Assembly: GCA_951406725.2 (NCBI GenBank)
Contig: OX597814.1
Coordinates: 71,114,001-71,178,000, forward strand
DNA from: Octopus vulgaris
Lineage: Eukaryota
DNA length: 64,000 bases
Direction: 5' to 3'
Below the pieces are notes generated by a model. That model did no database searches, was not told where the DNA came from, and worked only from the letters and a program-made list of their open reading frames with translations. Numbering within the stretch: the stretch's first letter is position 1; every line of letters begins with the position of its first letter. The position numbers were made by a program, and so were the translations under genes. This document shows positions 13,321 to 28,875 of this stretch, piece after piece.

Positions 13321-14422
13321 AGCTTATATAACTGGCTTAACAAAGTGATCGAACGAGTCTTTAGTACGAGCCTCTGCAAAGTTTTTCGCCGACCAAATTC
13401 CAATAACAAGGTATTTCTCTACCCGATATGTGGTAGAAGACACTTCCTCAAGAGGCTACACAGTGGGATCAAACCTAGTACCATTTGAATACATTTATCT
13501 ATATGGTACCAGGTTAATCAACCTCGTACCTTGCATCTGTAGTGGTATTGTAAAATTTCAAAAGGCCAACCCGAGTTTGTCATATATGGAATATCATGAT
13601 CTGGATGAGTTTTACTTTATTTTTACACATTTTTACACGTTTATATAGCTAAACCAAGTAGCCCAGAGAAAATTCTACCTCATTTATTCAAAACTCATAT
13701 ACATTTGTATTATGCAGCACGAAATATTTTATAATTATTTGTGTACTGTGCGAATGTTTTCTGGCAAATCGTCCCGTTCGTGACACTGTTCTTATATTTA
13801 TGTCACGTGTGTAGTAATTAGGGAATAGAATGAAGCTTTTTAACGTCGCGATAAAAATCAATAGAGTATTATAAAGTTGTTGTTTTCTATGTTAACATTA
13901 CATCGCTGAATTAACACGGAAGGCCATTACCGAAGGCCATATTTAATTGTTCAATAAGTCTCTGTTTCCATTCATTGTTGTAGCGATTTCACTTCAATTA
14001 ACCTAGTAAATTATTAAATGAAGCAAACTGTAAGATTCAAATGAATTGAGACGTTGATTACTTTTCGTTTAACATTGAATCTTTTCTGTTTCCTTCTTGA
14101 CATAAGAATCTTTATGCTTTAAATTAATTTCCCAGAATGTTAATTAACAACTTCGAATCGGAGTTCGCTTGGCTTCAAAGAACTGTTAAATTAGTGTTAA
14201 CGCAGGTAGTAATCTCACTAGAAATACATTCACGGTAAAGAGATTACAACATACTCAATGAAAATTTTTATTTTAGTTATTTCATCAAATATAAAATACA
14301 ACTTTGAGCATGTTTCGTTATTCTTATGAAAAGATAAAATTTCACCTTACTTGCCCGTACAACTTAAAGAAAATGTAAAATATCGGACACTTGGCGTCAA
14401 AACGGGTATTTCTAATTAGGTA

Positions 14423-16060
<1,638 letters not shown>

Positions 16061-16209
16061 AGAGCATTCTTTTGCTACACTGAGTTTTTTTCTTAATACG
16101 TTATTTGTCAAAACTGTAGAATTTGTGTCTTGTTATATTTAGCTTCCTCACTATTATCTCAAGTTCTCATCATTTAAAAAGAAATTTAGACAATCATTCT
16201 AACTCCCAG

Positions 16210-16875
16210 ATGAAGCGAACTAAAGAAAGTGAAAAAAAGAAAGGCAAGCGAGGAACTATTAAAAGGGAATGAAGGGCCACTATTGAAATACATCAGTTCT
16301 ATAGAAACTACTACCATTGAAGCTGGAAGGAGTTTACGAATCCAAATTCAATGGATTCAACTTCAAGCGATTCCTCAATTTCAACTTTTTCAAATAATAA
16401 ACACGAGAAAGACAATATTTCGGGACCTGCTTCGGACAGAGTAAACATAAAAGATGTTATCCAAACAAGATTAGCGATGACACACGGATCTTTCTGGTAC
16501 GTCAAGGTGCGCTCAAATTCTGATTTTGATGAAGTAATTCGTCAATGTGTCAACCAAAGGACTAACTAGAAAACTAACATGCGAGTGTTTTTATCAAACT
16601 CTACCAAATGGCGAAAAAAATCTTCAAATCATGAATGGTGTACTCCCCTTCCAAGAAAACGCTTTACTGTTTTCAGACAAAAGTAACTCTAAATTTATGG
16701 TGAAAACCGAATCCTAGAAGATCCGAGCATGAATCCAGTGCAGCTTACGTTCGGAATTTCACACAATGGAAGGAGCTGGAAATTAGGATTTCTGGTGGAG
16801 TAACAATTAGTAAAAAAGAACAAGAAGTTGATGAAAGCCAAGTGAAAAAGTGGAAGGAAATACTTTCAAGATAGC
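16210..16875 (+). mobile_element. hAT (Tip100/ZMYM1-like) transposase N-terminal remnant
   Basis: Degenerate LPNGEK...MVYSPSKKTLYCF and EHESSAAYVRNFTQWKELEIRISGGVTI...KKWKEILSR. Confidence 0.6.
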
Positions 16876-17009
16876 TTTTTATTTAACTGTTACTTATATA
16901 ATTTGTATTTGCTTGGTGTGTATTTAAAGCATACTATATTTACGTATGTGAAAGTTAATGGTAAAGTTAATGTGAAAGTTATAATGGTACACAAATTAGT
17001 TGCATATGT

Positions 17010-17100
<91 letters not shown>

Positions 17101-17263
17101 TATGTATATATATATATATATATAAAATATTAGAAAAAACACCTTTTATCAATTCAAAATGAATAATTAAATTACACCATCTATAACATTACATATAATA
17201 GAAAAGTTAAAATTAAAAAAATAATTAAAAAGTAAAGATTAAGTAAATTACAAAAATATTATA

Positions 17264-17863
17264 ATGTATATAATAGGTATGGGTGTTGGATTTTCTACTA
17301 CTAATAATGTTGGTAATATTATTTCTTCGTGTAATAGTTTCAAATTAAAGAAATTTTATAAAGATAGATTTAATACTAATTCTAATTATAATATTAAAGG
17401 CCAAGAGTTGATTTCTTGTACATGTAGGGATAAGTCTACATGTAAATTGAAAAATTATTGTAATTTAGATAATGTAGTCTATAGATGTAGGGTAACTATA
17501 ATAGATGATAAGAATTTGAATCATCGTAATTTAAATACTATTTATATTGGGTCTACTTCGAATAAAATTAAAAATAGAATTTCCCAACATATGTATTCTT
17601 TTAGGAATAAAAATCTTATAAACTCAACAGGTCTCAGTAAATATATTTGGGACCTTAAATTTAAATCTATTGAATTTAAATTAAATTGGGATATTATTTG
17701 TAGGGCTAAATCTTATACTATAGAGAGTAATAGTTGTTCTCTTTGTAATAACGAATTTAGAGAGATTTTATTTCATAAAAATTGTGCGTTGGTATACTCT
17801 TTAGAAGAACGTAAAAGTAAGTGTAAACATAAATTAAAGTACCTTTATAATAGATTTAAATGA
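17264..17863 (+). CDS. Penelope-like (Naiad-type) linker plus GIY-YIG endonuclease, 5'-truncated
   Basis: GFSTTNNVGNIISSCN, CTCRDKSTCKLKNYC, VVYRC...IYIGSTS..IKNRISQH, TGLSKYIWDLK, CSLC and SKCKHK. Confidence 0.85.
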   Translation: MYIIGMGVGFSTTNNVGNIISSCNSFKLKKFYKDRFNTNSNYNIKGQELISCTCRDKSTCKLKNYCNLDNVVYRCRVTIIDDKNLNHRNLNTIYIGSTSNKIKNRISQHMYSFRNKNLINSTGLSKYIWDLKFKSIEFKLNWDIICRAKSYTIESNSCSLCNNEFREILFHKNCALVYSLEERKSKCKHKLKYLYNRFK

Positions 17864-18145
17864 TAAATAAATAATTATATTATTTTTAAATAAATATTAT
17901 AGTAATATAAATTATTTTCAAAATAATATATATGTATTTTATTCGACTACTTATTATTTAGACTTTAAATTTATAGTAAATAGTTTTTTTTGTTTTTTTC
18001 TTTTTAAATTAAATAATATTTTATGTAATTATATATTATATTTAACTTATCTTTAGTATTATTAAACCTTATTTTGTCTTATGTGGCTTATTTATTTATT
18101 ATAGATATTATCTAATAGTACCAGAGTTTTTTTACTGTTTTATTA

Positions 18146-18299
18146 TAAAGACTCTAACAGATGAGGCCCAAACCTCATCTCAAACTCACTATCAAATATT
18201 ATTCATCATTATTTTTAAGATATATCTTTAAAATAATGATGAATAATATTTGATAGTGAGTTTGAGATGAGGTTTGGGCCTCATCTGTTAGAGTCTTTA
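18146..18299. repeat. 154-bp near-perfect palindrome
   Basis: TAAAGACTCTAACAGATGAGG...AAGATA|TATCTT...CCTCATCTGTTAGAGTCTTTA. Confidence 0.95.
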
Positions 18300-19866
18300 A
18301 GAAGGGTTGAATGGTAGAAAATAGTCGGCTGTGAATGAATTTGACGTTAGTTGGCAGTTTGTTGTAGATTGGAATTTGTTAATGATAGTAATAATTTATA
18401 AAGATATTAATAATGTTAATTTTTATGTTAATTATTATAATATTAATGATAATAATATTTATAATCGCGTATAGCTTCTTATAGGATCCGGGTAGTGATG
18501 ATGAAAAAGTAATACTTTATATACTATTTTTACTATTACTACTTTTATTAACTTTATTTGATTCATGAAGTTTAGATAATTCTCGTATTTCATTAATAAT
18601 TTCCTTTAGCCTTTTTCATTAATAGTTATGTTCTATTTTCCATGTAACGTCTCCACGAGTTTTATTTCTTATAGACGCTAAGTATTATTCTTTACGTTTA
18701 TAATCTAGTGATTTTCTCTAATTAACTTAGCAACGTTATTTTCTCCTTTATTTTGTATTTGTATTTGGGGGGGGGGTAGTGTTTAGCTGGGATTAATTTT
18801 GTTTTTGATATAATAATAGGTATCTGTTATTTTTATTTGCGTGTCTTTATATTAGTTTCTCCATTAGTTGTGGTTTTCTCTAATTTTTTAGTTCATGAGG
18901 CTTTAAGTTTTTTCGTCTTTTCGTTTTTTTCATTTATAATAATTTCGCCACGTTCATTGACTATTTATTGTATTCCACGCGATAAATTTTATAAACGTTT
19001 TTCTCGTATTTTTCATTGTTAAATGTTTCGCCACGTTCATTAAGGATTTATTCTATTTCTTTGCACTATGTATCCACGCGATAATTTTAGAAACGCTTTA
19101 AAATATATATCTCTTTTAAAAATCAGTTACTCTTCATTCTTCGCTAAAGCTAAGTCTGATTTTATCGTTTCTTTATTTCATTTGATTATTGAACCGTTGT
19201 GTTTTTGAAATTATTATTATTGTTGATATTATTTTTGTTTGATGTAATATTTTTATTTATTTATAGTTTCTTGATAGTATTTTTACGTCCGATGTTTAAT
19301 TGTTATAAAAGATTTTACGTTTTACATATCATTTAATTTGAGAATTTATAATGGTTAGACTTTATTTCTTATTATAATTAGATAATATTTTCATTAAATA
19401 GTACTTTTTTTAAATAAACTAGTTTTTATTTTAATATAATGTTTATGTTTAACTTTTTATCGTGTGATATATTAAATCTATAGATTTTATACATGGATAT
19501 TAATATAACGAGTTTATATAATGGATTTGAGTGTATTTGTACTTTTTCAAAGTTTTGATTGTATTTTCATGAATGAAATTGATTAAGTTGATTAATTAGA
19601 CGCTTATCGTTTTAAAACCTAGATAGATTTATCAGAATCGTTGAACTTAGTAATTTAGTTTGCTTATCAATATTAGTTAGTTCTTGCTATTATTTTGACT
19701 TTGATAGTTTTTATTTTTGTTAATGTTATTGATTGGTTTGGTAGAGGATTGGTGATTGTGATTGTACATCTTCATAGTATATTGTTCTTTGGTTTAAATA
19801 TTTTAGCACCTTTCTTTAGTTTGGTGTTGATAGGCTTCTTACTTTCCATTAACATAATATTCTCGC

Positions 19867-19930
<64 letters not shown>

Positions 19931-20184
19931 ATATTATATTATTTATTGATATATAGGTGGATTATGTATTTGTAATACTAAATTGAAGTTAATTAGGTAT
20001 TATATTATTTGATATTTAGTCAACTTTGTTATAGATTCTTATATTAAATCTATAGATGCTACACATGTATATTTATTATATGGTTAGCTTATGTAAGGAG
20101 TTTGTCTATATTTGAAACATTTCTTATTTTGATTACAATTTAATGACTTGTAATAGCTTTGTGTATTTTATTTAATTTTTATTT

Positions 20185-23045
20185 TTGGAGGTGTTGCTAT
20201 GTACATCCGTGAGGACCTCACACCCCAGGTCCTCTTGTCATACTCAAACTCGGTGTGTGACACACTAATTGTACATATTAGGCAACTTGATGTAGTTGTG
20301 TGTGCTACATATCGCCCTCCAGATGCCCCAAGCCATGTGGGCAAGTTTGAAGACTGCTTTATAAAAATAGAAGAAGTTCTAACCACATTAGAACAACACA
20401 TAGGTGTGCTTCTTATGGGAGACTTCAATCTGCCCAATGTCAGATGGCCCGAGGGCCTTTCTCTCCCAGGAATGACAAGATGTGAACGAGGACAGGCGAG
20501 GTCCCTCCTGAACCTCATCAACACCCTGTACATGGAGCAGGTAATACTCCAACCAACCAGGGCAGGTAACACACTGCATCTCTGCTTCACAAATGACATG
20601 GATCTCATCCATAATGTGAAAGTGACACCGACACTACTCTCGGATCACAACATGATAGAGCTGACCATGTACGGGCCAAAAGAGAGCACGGACATGCAGC
20701 CTACAAGAAACCCTCAAAATCTTTCCAGCTTGAACTACCATAAGGCAAACTGGAAACAAATTGAGAAAGAGATCCTCAAACAAAACTGGCCTAAATGTCT
20801 CTCCTCGCCAGACATCGACGTGAAACTTCAACAATTCATGTCTGTAATGCAAGCCATATGCTACAAATGTGTCCCAGAGAGAAAGGCCACTGTACACAAG
20901 AACAAAATCCCCAGAGAGAGGAAAATTTTAATGAGACGGCGTACGAAATTTTCAAATCGCCTAAACAAACAGATTGAAAGCAGTGAAAAGTCCCGCCTAA
21001 AAATAAAACTGTTGGAAATCGAAAAATGTCTGCAACTCTCCCATGAAAAAGAAAGAGCAGACAAAGAAGCCTGGGCTATAGAAAACATAAAATCTAACCC
21101 CAGAGCTTTCTACAGGTATGCCAAAGAAACAGCTACAGTGCACTGTAGAATAGGGCCACTCCTCGAAAAGGATGTCACACTTACAGGAAAACCAATGAGG
21201 GTAAGTGAAATACTGAATGAGCAATTCAAGAGTGTTTTCACTCCACCCCTTGGGCATCTCCAAATCACCAATCCAACTGACTTTTTTACCACTGCAGATA
21301 TAAAATCAGAGGCGGCGACGATAGATTACATCGATATAAAGGAAGACGATGTAACCAAGGCTATAGATGAAATGAAAACAGACTCAGCTACTGGCCCCGA
21401 TGGATTCCCGGCAATCCTCCTAAAAGCATGTAAGAGAGTCCTAGCAAGACCACTGCAGTTCCTCTTTCAGAGCTTCCTTGCAGCTGGCAAACTTCCAGGA
21501 AAACTGAAGGAAGGTAAAATATGCCCCATTCATAAAGGAGGTAGCAGAGCGGAAGCCAAGAACTATAGACCTATCTCTCTGACCTCACACATCAGCAAGG
21601 TCATGGAACGAATAGTCAGAAGGAAGCTAATCACCTTCCTTGAAGAAAATGACTTGCTGCCCGACACCCAACATGGTTTCCGACCAGGGAGAAGCTGTTT
21701 AACTCAGCTCCTACAACACTATGACTGGGTGCTGAAACGGCTGCTCAACCACTCAAATGTGGAAGTGATATATCTCGACTTTGCAAAGGCCTTTGATAAA
21801 GTCGATCATGGAATGATATGTCACAAACTGCGTGATCTCAACATAGTTGGAAAACTGGGAGAATGGCTTCATGACTTTCTGAAGGATAGAAGTCTGGTGG
21901 TAGTAGCCAATGGGGCCACTTCCATTAACACACAAATAGTGAGCGGTGTTCCGCAGGGCACTGTTCTGGGACCACTACTGTTCATAATGGCCCTCTCAGA
22001 CTTGCCCTCAGCCACGCAGAGAGCCACGATCACAAGTTATGCAGATGATACAAAAGTTTCACAGGCAATACAGAACCCTGAAGGACACTAAACACCTGCC
22101 ATGTGAGCTGGACGAAATATACAAGTGGGCTGAAAAGAATAGCATGCAGTTCAATGCTGGAAAGTTTCAAGCTTTATACTATCAGCATGCAAAACTGAAT
22201 GCAATACCCAATGAATACACTGGACCCGGAGGGATTGCAATCCCAGAGGCACAATCAGTGCGTGACCTGGGTATTCACATGAGTGATGACGCGACCTTTC
22301 ATGTACATGTTGCTGAACTGACAATGAAATGTAGACGGCTGGCTGGATGGATTCTTAGAACCTTTAGAACAAGAGAACAAGAAACCATGATGGTCCTCTG
22401 GAAGACACTTGTCCTAAGCCACTTTGACTATTGCTCTCAGCTATGGTCACCATCCAGTGTCAAGCTGATCACAGAACTTGAGGCGATCCAACGAAGCTAC
22501 ACGAAGAAGATAGCCTCTGTGCAGCATATGAGCTACTGGGAGAGACTCAAGAGATTAAAGCTCTATTCCCTGGAGCGTAGGCGAGAAAGATATGCCATAA
22601 TATACATCTGGAAGATCCTGGAAGGCCTTGTCCCAGACTTTGGCATCGAGAGTCACACAAATGCCAGAACCGGACGCCACTGTGTAGTACCAAGGACTCC
22701 AAATTTGCCATCAAGATGTAGGACAAGATATTGTGATAGCCTGGGCTTCAGAGGCCCACGGCTCTTCAATATCCTCCCGAAGAACCTGAGGGACCTGCAT
22801 GGTGTGGATGCGGATGTCTTTAAAGTAGGACTGGATCTCTTCCTGTCAGGTGTCCCGGATGAACCAACTTCACGGCAGGAGGTGCAGATGAGAGCAGCTA
22901 CATCGAACTCTCTCATGCACCAGATGGCGTTTGCCAACAAACATCCGTGAGGTAAAACCGTGTAGCAAACCAAATGGCGGTGCCCCAGCATGGCCACAGC
23001 TCATTAGCTGAAACTGGAAAAAAAAAATCAAAAAAATCAAAAATC
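20185..23045 (+). mobile_element. CR1-type LINE, 5'-truncated ORF2 (APE plus RT), one frameshift near 22085
   Basis: ORFs 20199-22091 and 22039-22950 carry YRPP, GDFN, SDH, YLDFAKAFDKVDH, GVPQGTVLGPLLF, YADD and LYSLERRRER; A-rich tail at 23018-23044. Confidence 0.92.
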
Positions 23046-23088
23046 ATATTAAAGTATATTTATTAATTAATTGTTCTATTATATTTTT

Positions 23089-23175
23089 AACCTGATGAGC
23101 GACTATATTTATATGCAAGTGATTTCTCTGCTACTATAATCATTTCTTAAATATAGCAGCGAAACACGTGTCGTT
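23089..23175 (+). ncRNA. Type I hammerhead with long stem II (Penelope pLTR)
   Basis: AAC CUGAUGA GC..CUAUAUUUA...UAAAUAUAG..GC GAA ACACGUGU C GUU. Confidence 0.7.
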
Positions 23176-23430
23176 TTTCTACCTATTATATACATTATAT
23201 TATTTTTGTAATTTACTTAATCTTTACTTTTTAATTGTTATTTTAATTTTAACTTTTCTATTATATGTAATTTTATAGATGGTGTAATTTAATTATTCAT
23301 TTTGAATTGATAAAAGGTGGGGTTTTTTCTAATATTTTATATAAATATTATATTGTGTGGAATTTGATTTAGTATTTCTAAATTGAATTCTTTTTCCTTG
23401 TAAGTTTGGATTTTATTCCCTCAAATAATC

Positions 23431-23501
<71 letters not shown>

Positions 23502-23504
<3 letters not shown>

Positions 23505-23945
23505 GATAAATCTCAGAGCGAGTTATAAACATAAGGGTGGATGCTACTGGAAGATAGCCCCAGGAAGATATCTCCTCCAGCTGGCTATAGACACACTATC
23601 TGTGTCCTCTCAGTATTTGTGAAGGGGAGTCATCCTCCCCGTCTTCAACACATGATACACACGTACCCGAGTTTCAAGGTGTTTACCTTTCATCAGCGTG
23701 TGACAATCATGGTTGTCGACAAGAAGTCAGCTCCCTTCACAAATACATATACTTTTTCCAGTGTCAATTGACACTGATATTGAAAAAGTGAAATCAAACA
23801 ATGATAAATCTCAGAGCGAGTTATAAACAGTAGCGGTAACACATCGTGACGCATATTTGCCATTTGAATATGGCTGACCCATAAGGTTGGATGCTACTGT
23901 AGTTTATAGCCCCAGGAAGATATCTCCTCCAGCTGGCTATAGACA

Positions 23946-23950
<5 letters not shown>
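23502..23950 (-). mobile_element. HHR-bearing non-coding tandem unit (about 1.5 copies) in (TA)n
   Basis: AATGATAAATCTCAGAGCGAGTTATAAACA occurs at 23502 and 23800; GATGCTACTG...GGCTATAGACACAC is also repeated. Confidence 0.7.
23658..23702 (-). ncRNA. Canonical type I hammerhead ribozyme
   Basis: CACACG CUGAUGA AAGGU aaac ACCUU GAA ACUCGGGU A CGUGUG. Confidence 0.85.
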
Positions 23951-23974
<24 letters not shown>

Positions 23975-23976
<2 letters not shown>

Positions 23977-24445
23977 ACAATTTAATAAATAAAACATATG
24001 CATATATACATACATATATGTACATACCTACATCTATATGTATATATACATGCATATATGAGTACAGGACACCACAAATAAACGTAGAACACAACGAGAA
24101 ACGAAAAGATAAAATCAAACAAGGAAACGGGCTTTTTTTAACAACGAAAAAAAAGAGTACAAGACAAACAATATAAGGAATATTCCCCTTCTTCAGCTGC
24201 CCCTGTTTCGACTCAATGCATGTTTCGAAAGTAAGGGCAGAACACGATCGGCCGAAGCAGTCCTTCCTGCAAAAGGAATTAAATAAAATTCTTTTGCAGA
24301 GGGGTAAAAAAAAAGTGACAAGAACAGGACGTAAAAGCAATACAAATGAAGAAAAGAACAGTACAAATAAAGAATAAAAACAGGACAAGGAAACCAACAA
24401 TAAGGGCTTTTTAAAGCCTAGACGGTGGAAAAATTCGTTAGAACG

Positions 24446-24450
<5 letters not shown>
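23975..24450 (-). mobile_element. Non-coding interspersed repeat in (TA)n, paralogue of 63000-63600
   Basis: Colinear similarity with 63005-63520 (AATTTAATAAATAAAA...GAGTACAGGACACCAC...GCAGAGGGGTAAAA...CCTAGACG). Confidence 0.85.
24185..24260 (-). ncRNA. Non-circularly permuted hammerhead candidate, copy 1
   Basis: CUGCUUCGGC cgau CGUGU-U-CUGCCC uua CUUU-C GAA-ACAUG cauuga GUCGAAACAG GGGCAG CUGAAGA A-GGGG; stem II is mostly G-U pairs. Confidence 0.6.
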
Positions 24451-24507
<57 letters not shown>

Positions 24508-24510
<3 letters not shown>

Positions 24511-24691
24511 TTTTACCCTTTTATTTGTTTCAATCATTTGACTGCGGCCATGCTGGAGCACTGCCTTTAGTCGAACAAATCGAACCCAGGACTTATTTTT
24601 TGTAAGCCTAGTACTGTGTCTTTTGCTGAACCGCTAAGTTATGGGGGCGTAAACACACCAGCGTCGGTTGTTCAGCGATGGTGGAGGACAA

Positions 24692-24765
<74 letters not shown>

Positions 24766-24845
24766 GACGGGCTTCTTTCAGTTTCCGTCTACCAAATCCA
24801 CCCACAAGGCTTTGGTCGGCCCGAGGCTATAGTAGAAGACACTTT
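24508..24845 (-). mobile_element. SINE family B (5'-truncated) with internal microsatellite and tail
   Basis: Head-side match to 31678; the tail portion matches 33090-33290 and 54015-54290. Confidence 0.8.
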
Positions 24846-25913
24846 AAGAGTGAGTCACTGTACAATATGTATTTTTTGTGGGGGACGGGGGGCGGCAAAT
24901 TGAAGGGCCGCTCCGGGTGGCACACACCCTAGCTAAGCCACTGATGAAAATGGCTTTCATTGGGCTTGCCCAGTGAGGAGAGTGTGTGAATATTCAATAA
25001 GATTATAAAAAAAATGTAATTTATTTTAGTAACTTGCGATATTAATGCATAACTTCCTTCACTTTTTCAGTTATATGTTATATGTTATATTGATATAACA
25101 GCAAATTTCAATGAAGTATCCCTTAATGTTATTTGTTGTACATAGCCATATGTCTAAGCAGTGTTTGGTACATACTGTTATCCGTTCATGTCGCATTTAC
25201 TGTACATTATATGTTTAGATATATTGTAGAGAAATACATTAACCATTTACGCACAGTCGATGCAGCTTGGAAAGTAACAAAGTATGCATTATTTTTACAA
25301 GAAATAGTGTGAGTTGTTTTATTTTTAATCTTAAGAATGAATTATAAAACTTGGAATGGGGGTTGGTGAATGGGATTCTATTCTTTATTTGTATGTTCTT
25401 TACACACGAATACAAATCATTGTAACTCTGGTCGAGCTAGAACATGCTACAGGTATAACATGGCATTTATTTCTAAATATAGGGGCTTAAGACGATGAAA
25501 GTGAAATTTTGATACGGAAGAAATTAAACTAGTTGAATGAAAGTAAATAGCAAAACATACTGTTAACTGTAATGGAAATTATAGATGTCAAACCTCACCA
25601 AATGAAGATTTACACAGGAAAGAATAACACTAGACATTACTGCAAAACTTCACTACTATTAAAGTAATATTTACCAAGATATTATACTTGTTACGGAGTA
25701 TAGCTCTAGACTACATGTTTTAGAAAATTCTGTTCAGTATTTACTGTCGTTGCTGTTTGTTTCAGGGCTTTTAACTGTTGCCTTTATGGAACTATTGAAA
25801 ACGTGTAAACTTTTTAAAAGCAAGACTAAGCATACTACACACAATTTTATATATTTTCATTAAAAATAAAAATGATAACTACGTTAAAAGGTTTAAATCT
25901 AAATGCTTTAAAA

Positions 25914-28875
25914 CAATGTTTCCCAAAACTTTTCGCGCCAAATTGCAATATCGCCCATTTATCGGCCAAAAAATGCTCCATCGCCCACCTGTGTAAAACG
26001 ACCCTGACATAACCCCCCACCCCCACCCCACCACCCCACCAACACAAAATCCCCTAAGAAGCCCCACCTCGTATCATTTGACACTCACTATATCGTAGAG
26101 TCGTTGCCCTGTTAGTGCCGTTTGGACTAAATATGCGGTTGTTTACAAATCACTTATTGTGAGTTTAGTTTTACCATTAGTGTGAATAAAATTCTAACGT
26201 TATCTCTATATTATCCAGACAGATTAACTTTTGGAAACTTGCGCTTTCTTTTACACTGCTTTTCATTTTTCCAAAAAGAACCATTGATCAGAACTACCAA
26301 TGCAAAAATAATTAATGAGAACCATGTGTCTGGTACGATGCAGCTAGTGCAGATACATTCAGTTTCAAACTTGTCAACTTTAGCCGCAAGTCTCCTCGTT
26401 GTGTCACATCCAGTCCAATTATTTTATGGGAAAGTAAAGTTCCAACATTGTTAAAACCAGATTCAACTAGGTATGAGGAAGTGAAGGCAAGCAAAAGTAG
26501 TTCCAGATATTTCCACAGATTCGGGTAGGAATTCAATATACTCTGATGGTACCACAAACTTTCTTTGCTATTACGGCGATATCGCATTGTGGTGCCATTG
26601 TCATTTTGTAATGCTATCAATTCCTCCTGAACGTCATCCTCGCAATCGACTGCATCGATCTCGAACGGTTTGCTATTCCAATTTGGAATATTCAGTGCAA
26701 TAACATCTTGATATCGCTTCATCATGTTATCATGCAATGATTGCGATATGTAGTTAAATCTTCATCAACTAATTCATCTTTCAAAGAAACAAGTTGTGGA
26801 AATTGATGGAATTGACGTTTTGAAATGTTAATCATATACAACCCCAATTTCTCAATGAAGGTAGTGATGAATGATTTACAATCAACGAGAATTTTTCTGT
26901 TTCCTTGCAATAATTTATTCAAATCATAATTTTGTGAATATATCACAAAGAAAAATGATATCGCACCTTGCAGCCATCAATGAAGCGGATAGTAGAGTAT
27001 CTTCAACGAAAGATATGATTACGTGAAATAATTCAACAAAGCGTAAAACACAGTTTCCTTTTGGCAGCCACCGCACTTCGGTATGGTATAAGTTTAGTAT
27101 GGTCCTCATCATTTCTCAGACAGAGTTGACGGAACATGTGATGAGACACGGAACTGGACTTCAATTTGTTCACAGTCTTGATAACTAACTTTAGCGCATC
27201 ATTCAATCTACTGTTCATATTTTTTGCCACTAAATGCTGCCGGTGTGTCAAGCAATGAACAGTTAGTATCTGGTGGGAAATTTCACGCTTTAGGAGAGAT
27301 GAAAAACCTCTGTATCTTCAGACGCACAAGCAAGAATATTACTAAGTGGGATATTATGTTAAAAACAGAAAAACTTGAGAGTGTGAAAAATAGTTGCACC
27401 TTTTGAATCAAGCGTCAATTTCTCTGTAAACAGTAATTCCTCACAAGGTTGAAGGTCTTCGCTTAAATACCGAACATATACCATCATCAAACATTGATTG
27501 CTCACAACAATTAACTCATCTACTTGTATAGAAAATTCAGAACGCTGGAGAATATTAATGAGCTGATGTTTGACATCATTGGCCATTTTATTGATGCTTC
27601 GAGAAATTGTGTTATTACTAAGTGAGATCTTCATAATGTTATCGAGTTTTTGTGCATAATGGTTGACAAAACCTCTTCGGCAACTAGAAGTAATGTTTCT
27701 CCAATTATGTGAAAATTCCCAGACTTAGCAACAAGCAATGCAATGTTGTACGATGCAATCAACCCGCCATTCTCCTGTTTACTAGTTTCCTAGAGTAGCG
27801 TACTGAACGTTTGTATTTGCCTTTTGAAAGAGAAGCTCAGATGCAAAAAGTATGATAACGGCTTGTCCTTCTTCTCAGAATGCTTTGCACCAAAGTTGTA
27901 CTTCAATCGTTAAGATTTCATTGCTTTGTTGGTCAATGTTTGATGGCAAAGAGGGCACATTGGTAACTGAAAGTTCTGAGGAGAGGGAATAAATTCAAAC
28001 GACAAATAATCATTACTGTACTATCGATAATTTTCCTTGACTGGAGGCAGAAGTAAAGTAAAAATATGAAAACGAATTTGTACAGGCAGCGTCAGAAAGG
28101 CAGTATGGTATTTCCAAAGAGAAGAAGCCAATAGAGCAGAGTCAGATGACGCATCTTTACTGGAGCAAATACGGATCTAATTCGTTTGACTACCAGCATT
28201 GCAAAAATTTAAGTTTATCGAAAATTTTGAAATTTGACTCATTAATATACCTTTCCAAGCTAAATGTTTTAAAAAAGTTAAAGAGGTTTAAAGTTTGATC
28301 ATTTTCGCCCAGTCAGGAAACACGACTTCAAAGCTGTCGTTTTGTGCCTGACTGCACATTTTGTCAACATCCTGAAAATATCACTTGTGTTTTGATATGA
28401 AACCACAGAATTACGCATGATATGTAACCCGCTTATAACTTTTTTATTTTTCAGAGTTTTCAGAAATTTTTTCGAATTTAAATTCTATACGCGGGACTTC
28501 ATACAATTATGCGCCCCCCGCAAAAAAAAAATTGTGGTAAGGTGTGATTTAAGACTTAGGCTTATTTGGCTGCTATTTTTAGCACGCATGACAACCATCT
28601 CAATGACTGCGACAAAAATATCCAATAAACCAGTCCGCTTTTTTAATACTAAGCGATGTCTCTTGCGAGTAGTCAAATCGATGAAAGTGCATCCTTATCC
28701 GAGATATAAGTAAATGCAGACTTAATTTCTAAAAATTTATTGTCACCCACAAAAATGTTCATATCGCCCACCAAAATCTCAAATCATCTACCATTTTCTA
28801 GAATTTAGTCCATCGCCCGCCTGTAAGTTGAAATCGCCAACCGGTGGGCGATATCGTCCACTTTGGGAAGCTATG
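25914..28875 (-). mobile_element. hAT Charlie/Buster-type DNA transposon with decayed transposase (about 26312-28045)
   Basis: Imperfect TIRs CAATGTTTCCCAAA / TTTGGGAAGCTATG; 8-bp TSD CTTTAAAA / CTTTAAAC; subterminal ATCGCCCA repeats; BED finger, SLSNNTISR, FSIQVDE, HTEVRWL and FTSSYLVESGF. Confidence 0.9.

Larger units (their letters stand above)
17125..23433. mobile_element. Penelope-like composite with inverted terminal segments in (TA)n, interrupted by a CR1 LINE
   Basis: About 17125-17260 is the reverse complement of about 23200-23340; contains a GIY-YIG ORF and an HHR at 23089; (TA)n lies on both sides. Confidence 0.65.

Noticed and set aside
17264-17863. Selenocysteine recoding as reported for some Naiad elements
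   Set aside because: No in-frame TGA at cysteine positions; TGA occurs only at the expected C-terminus.
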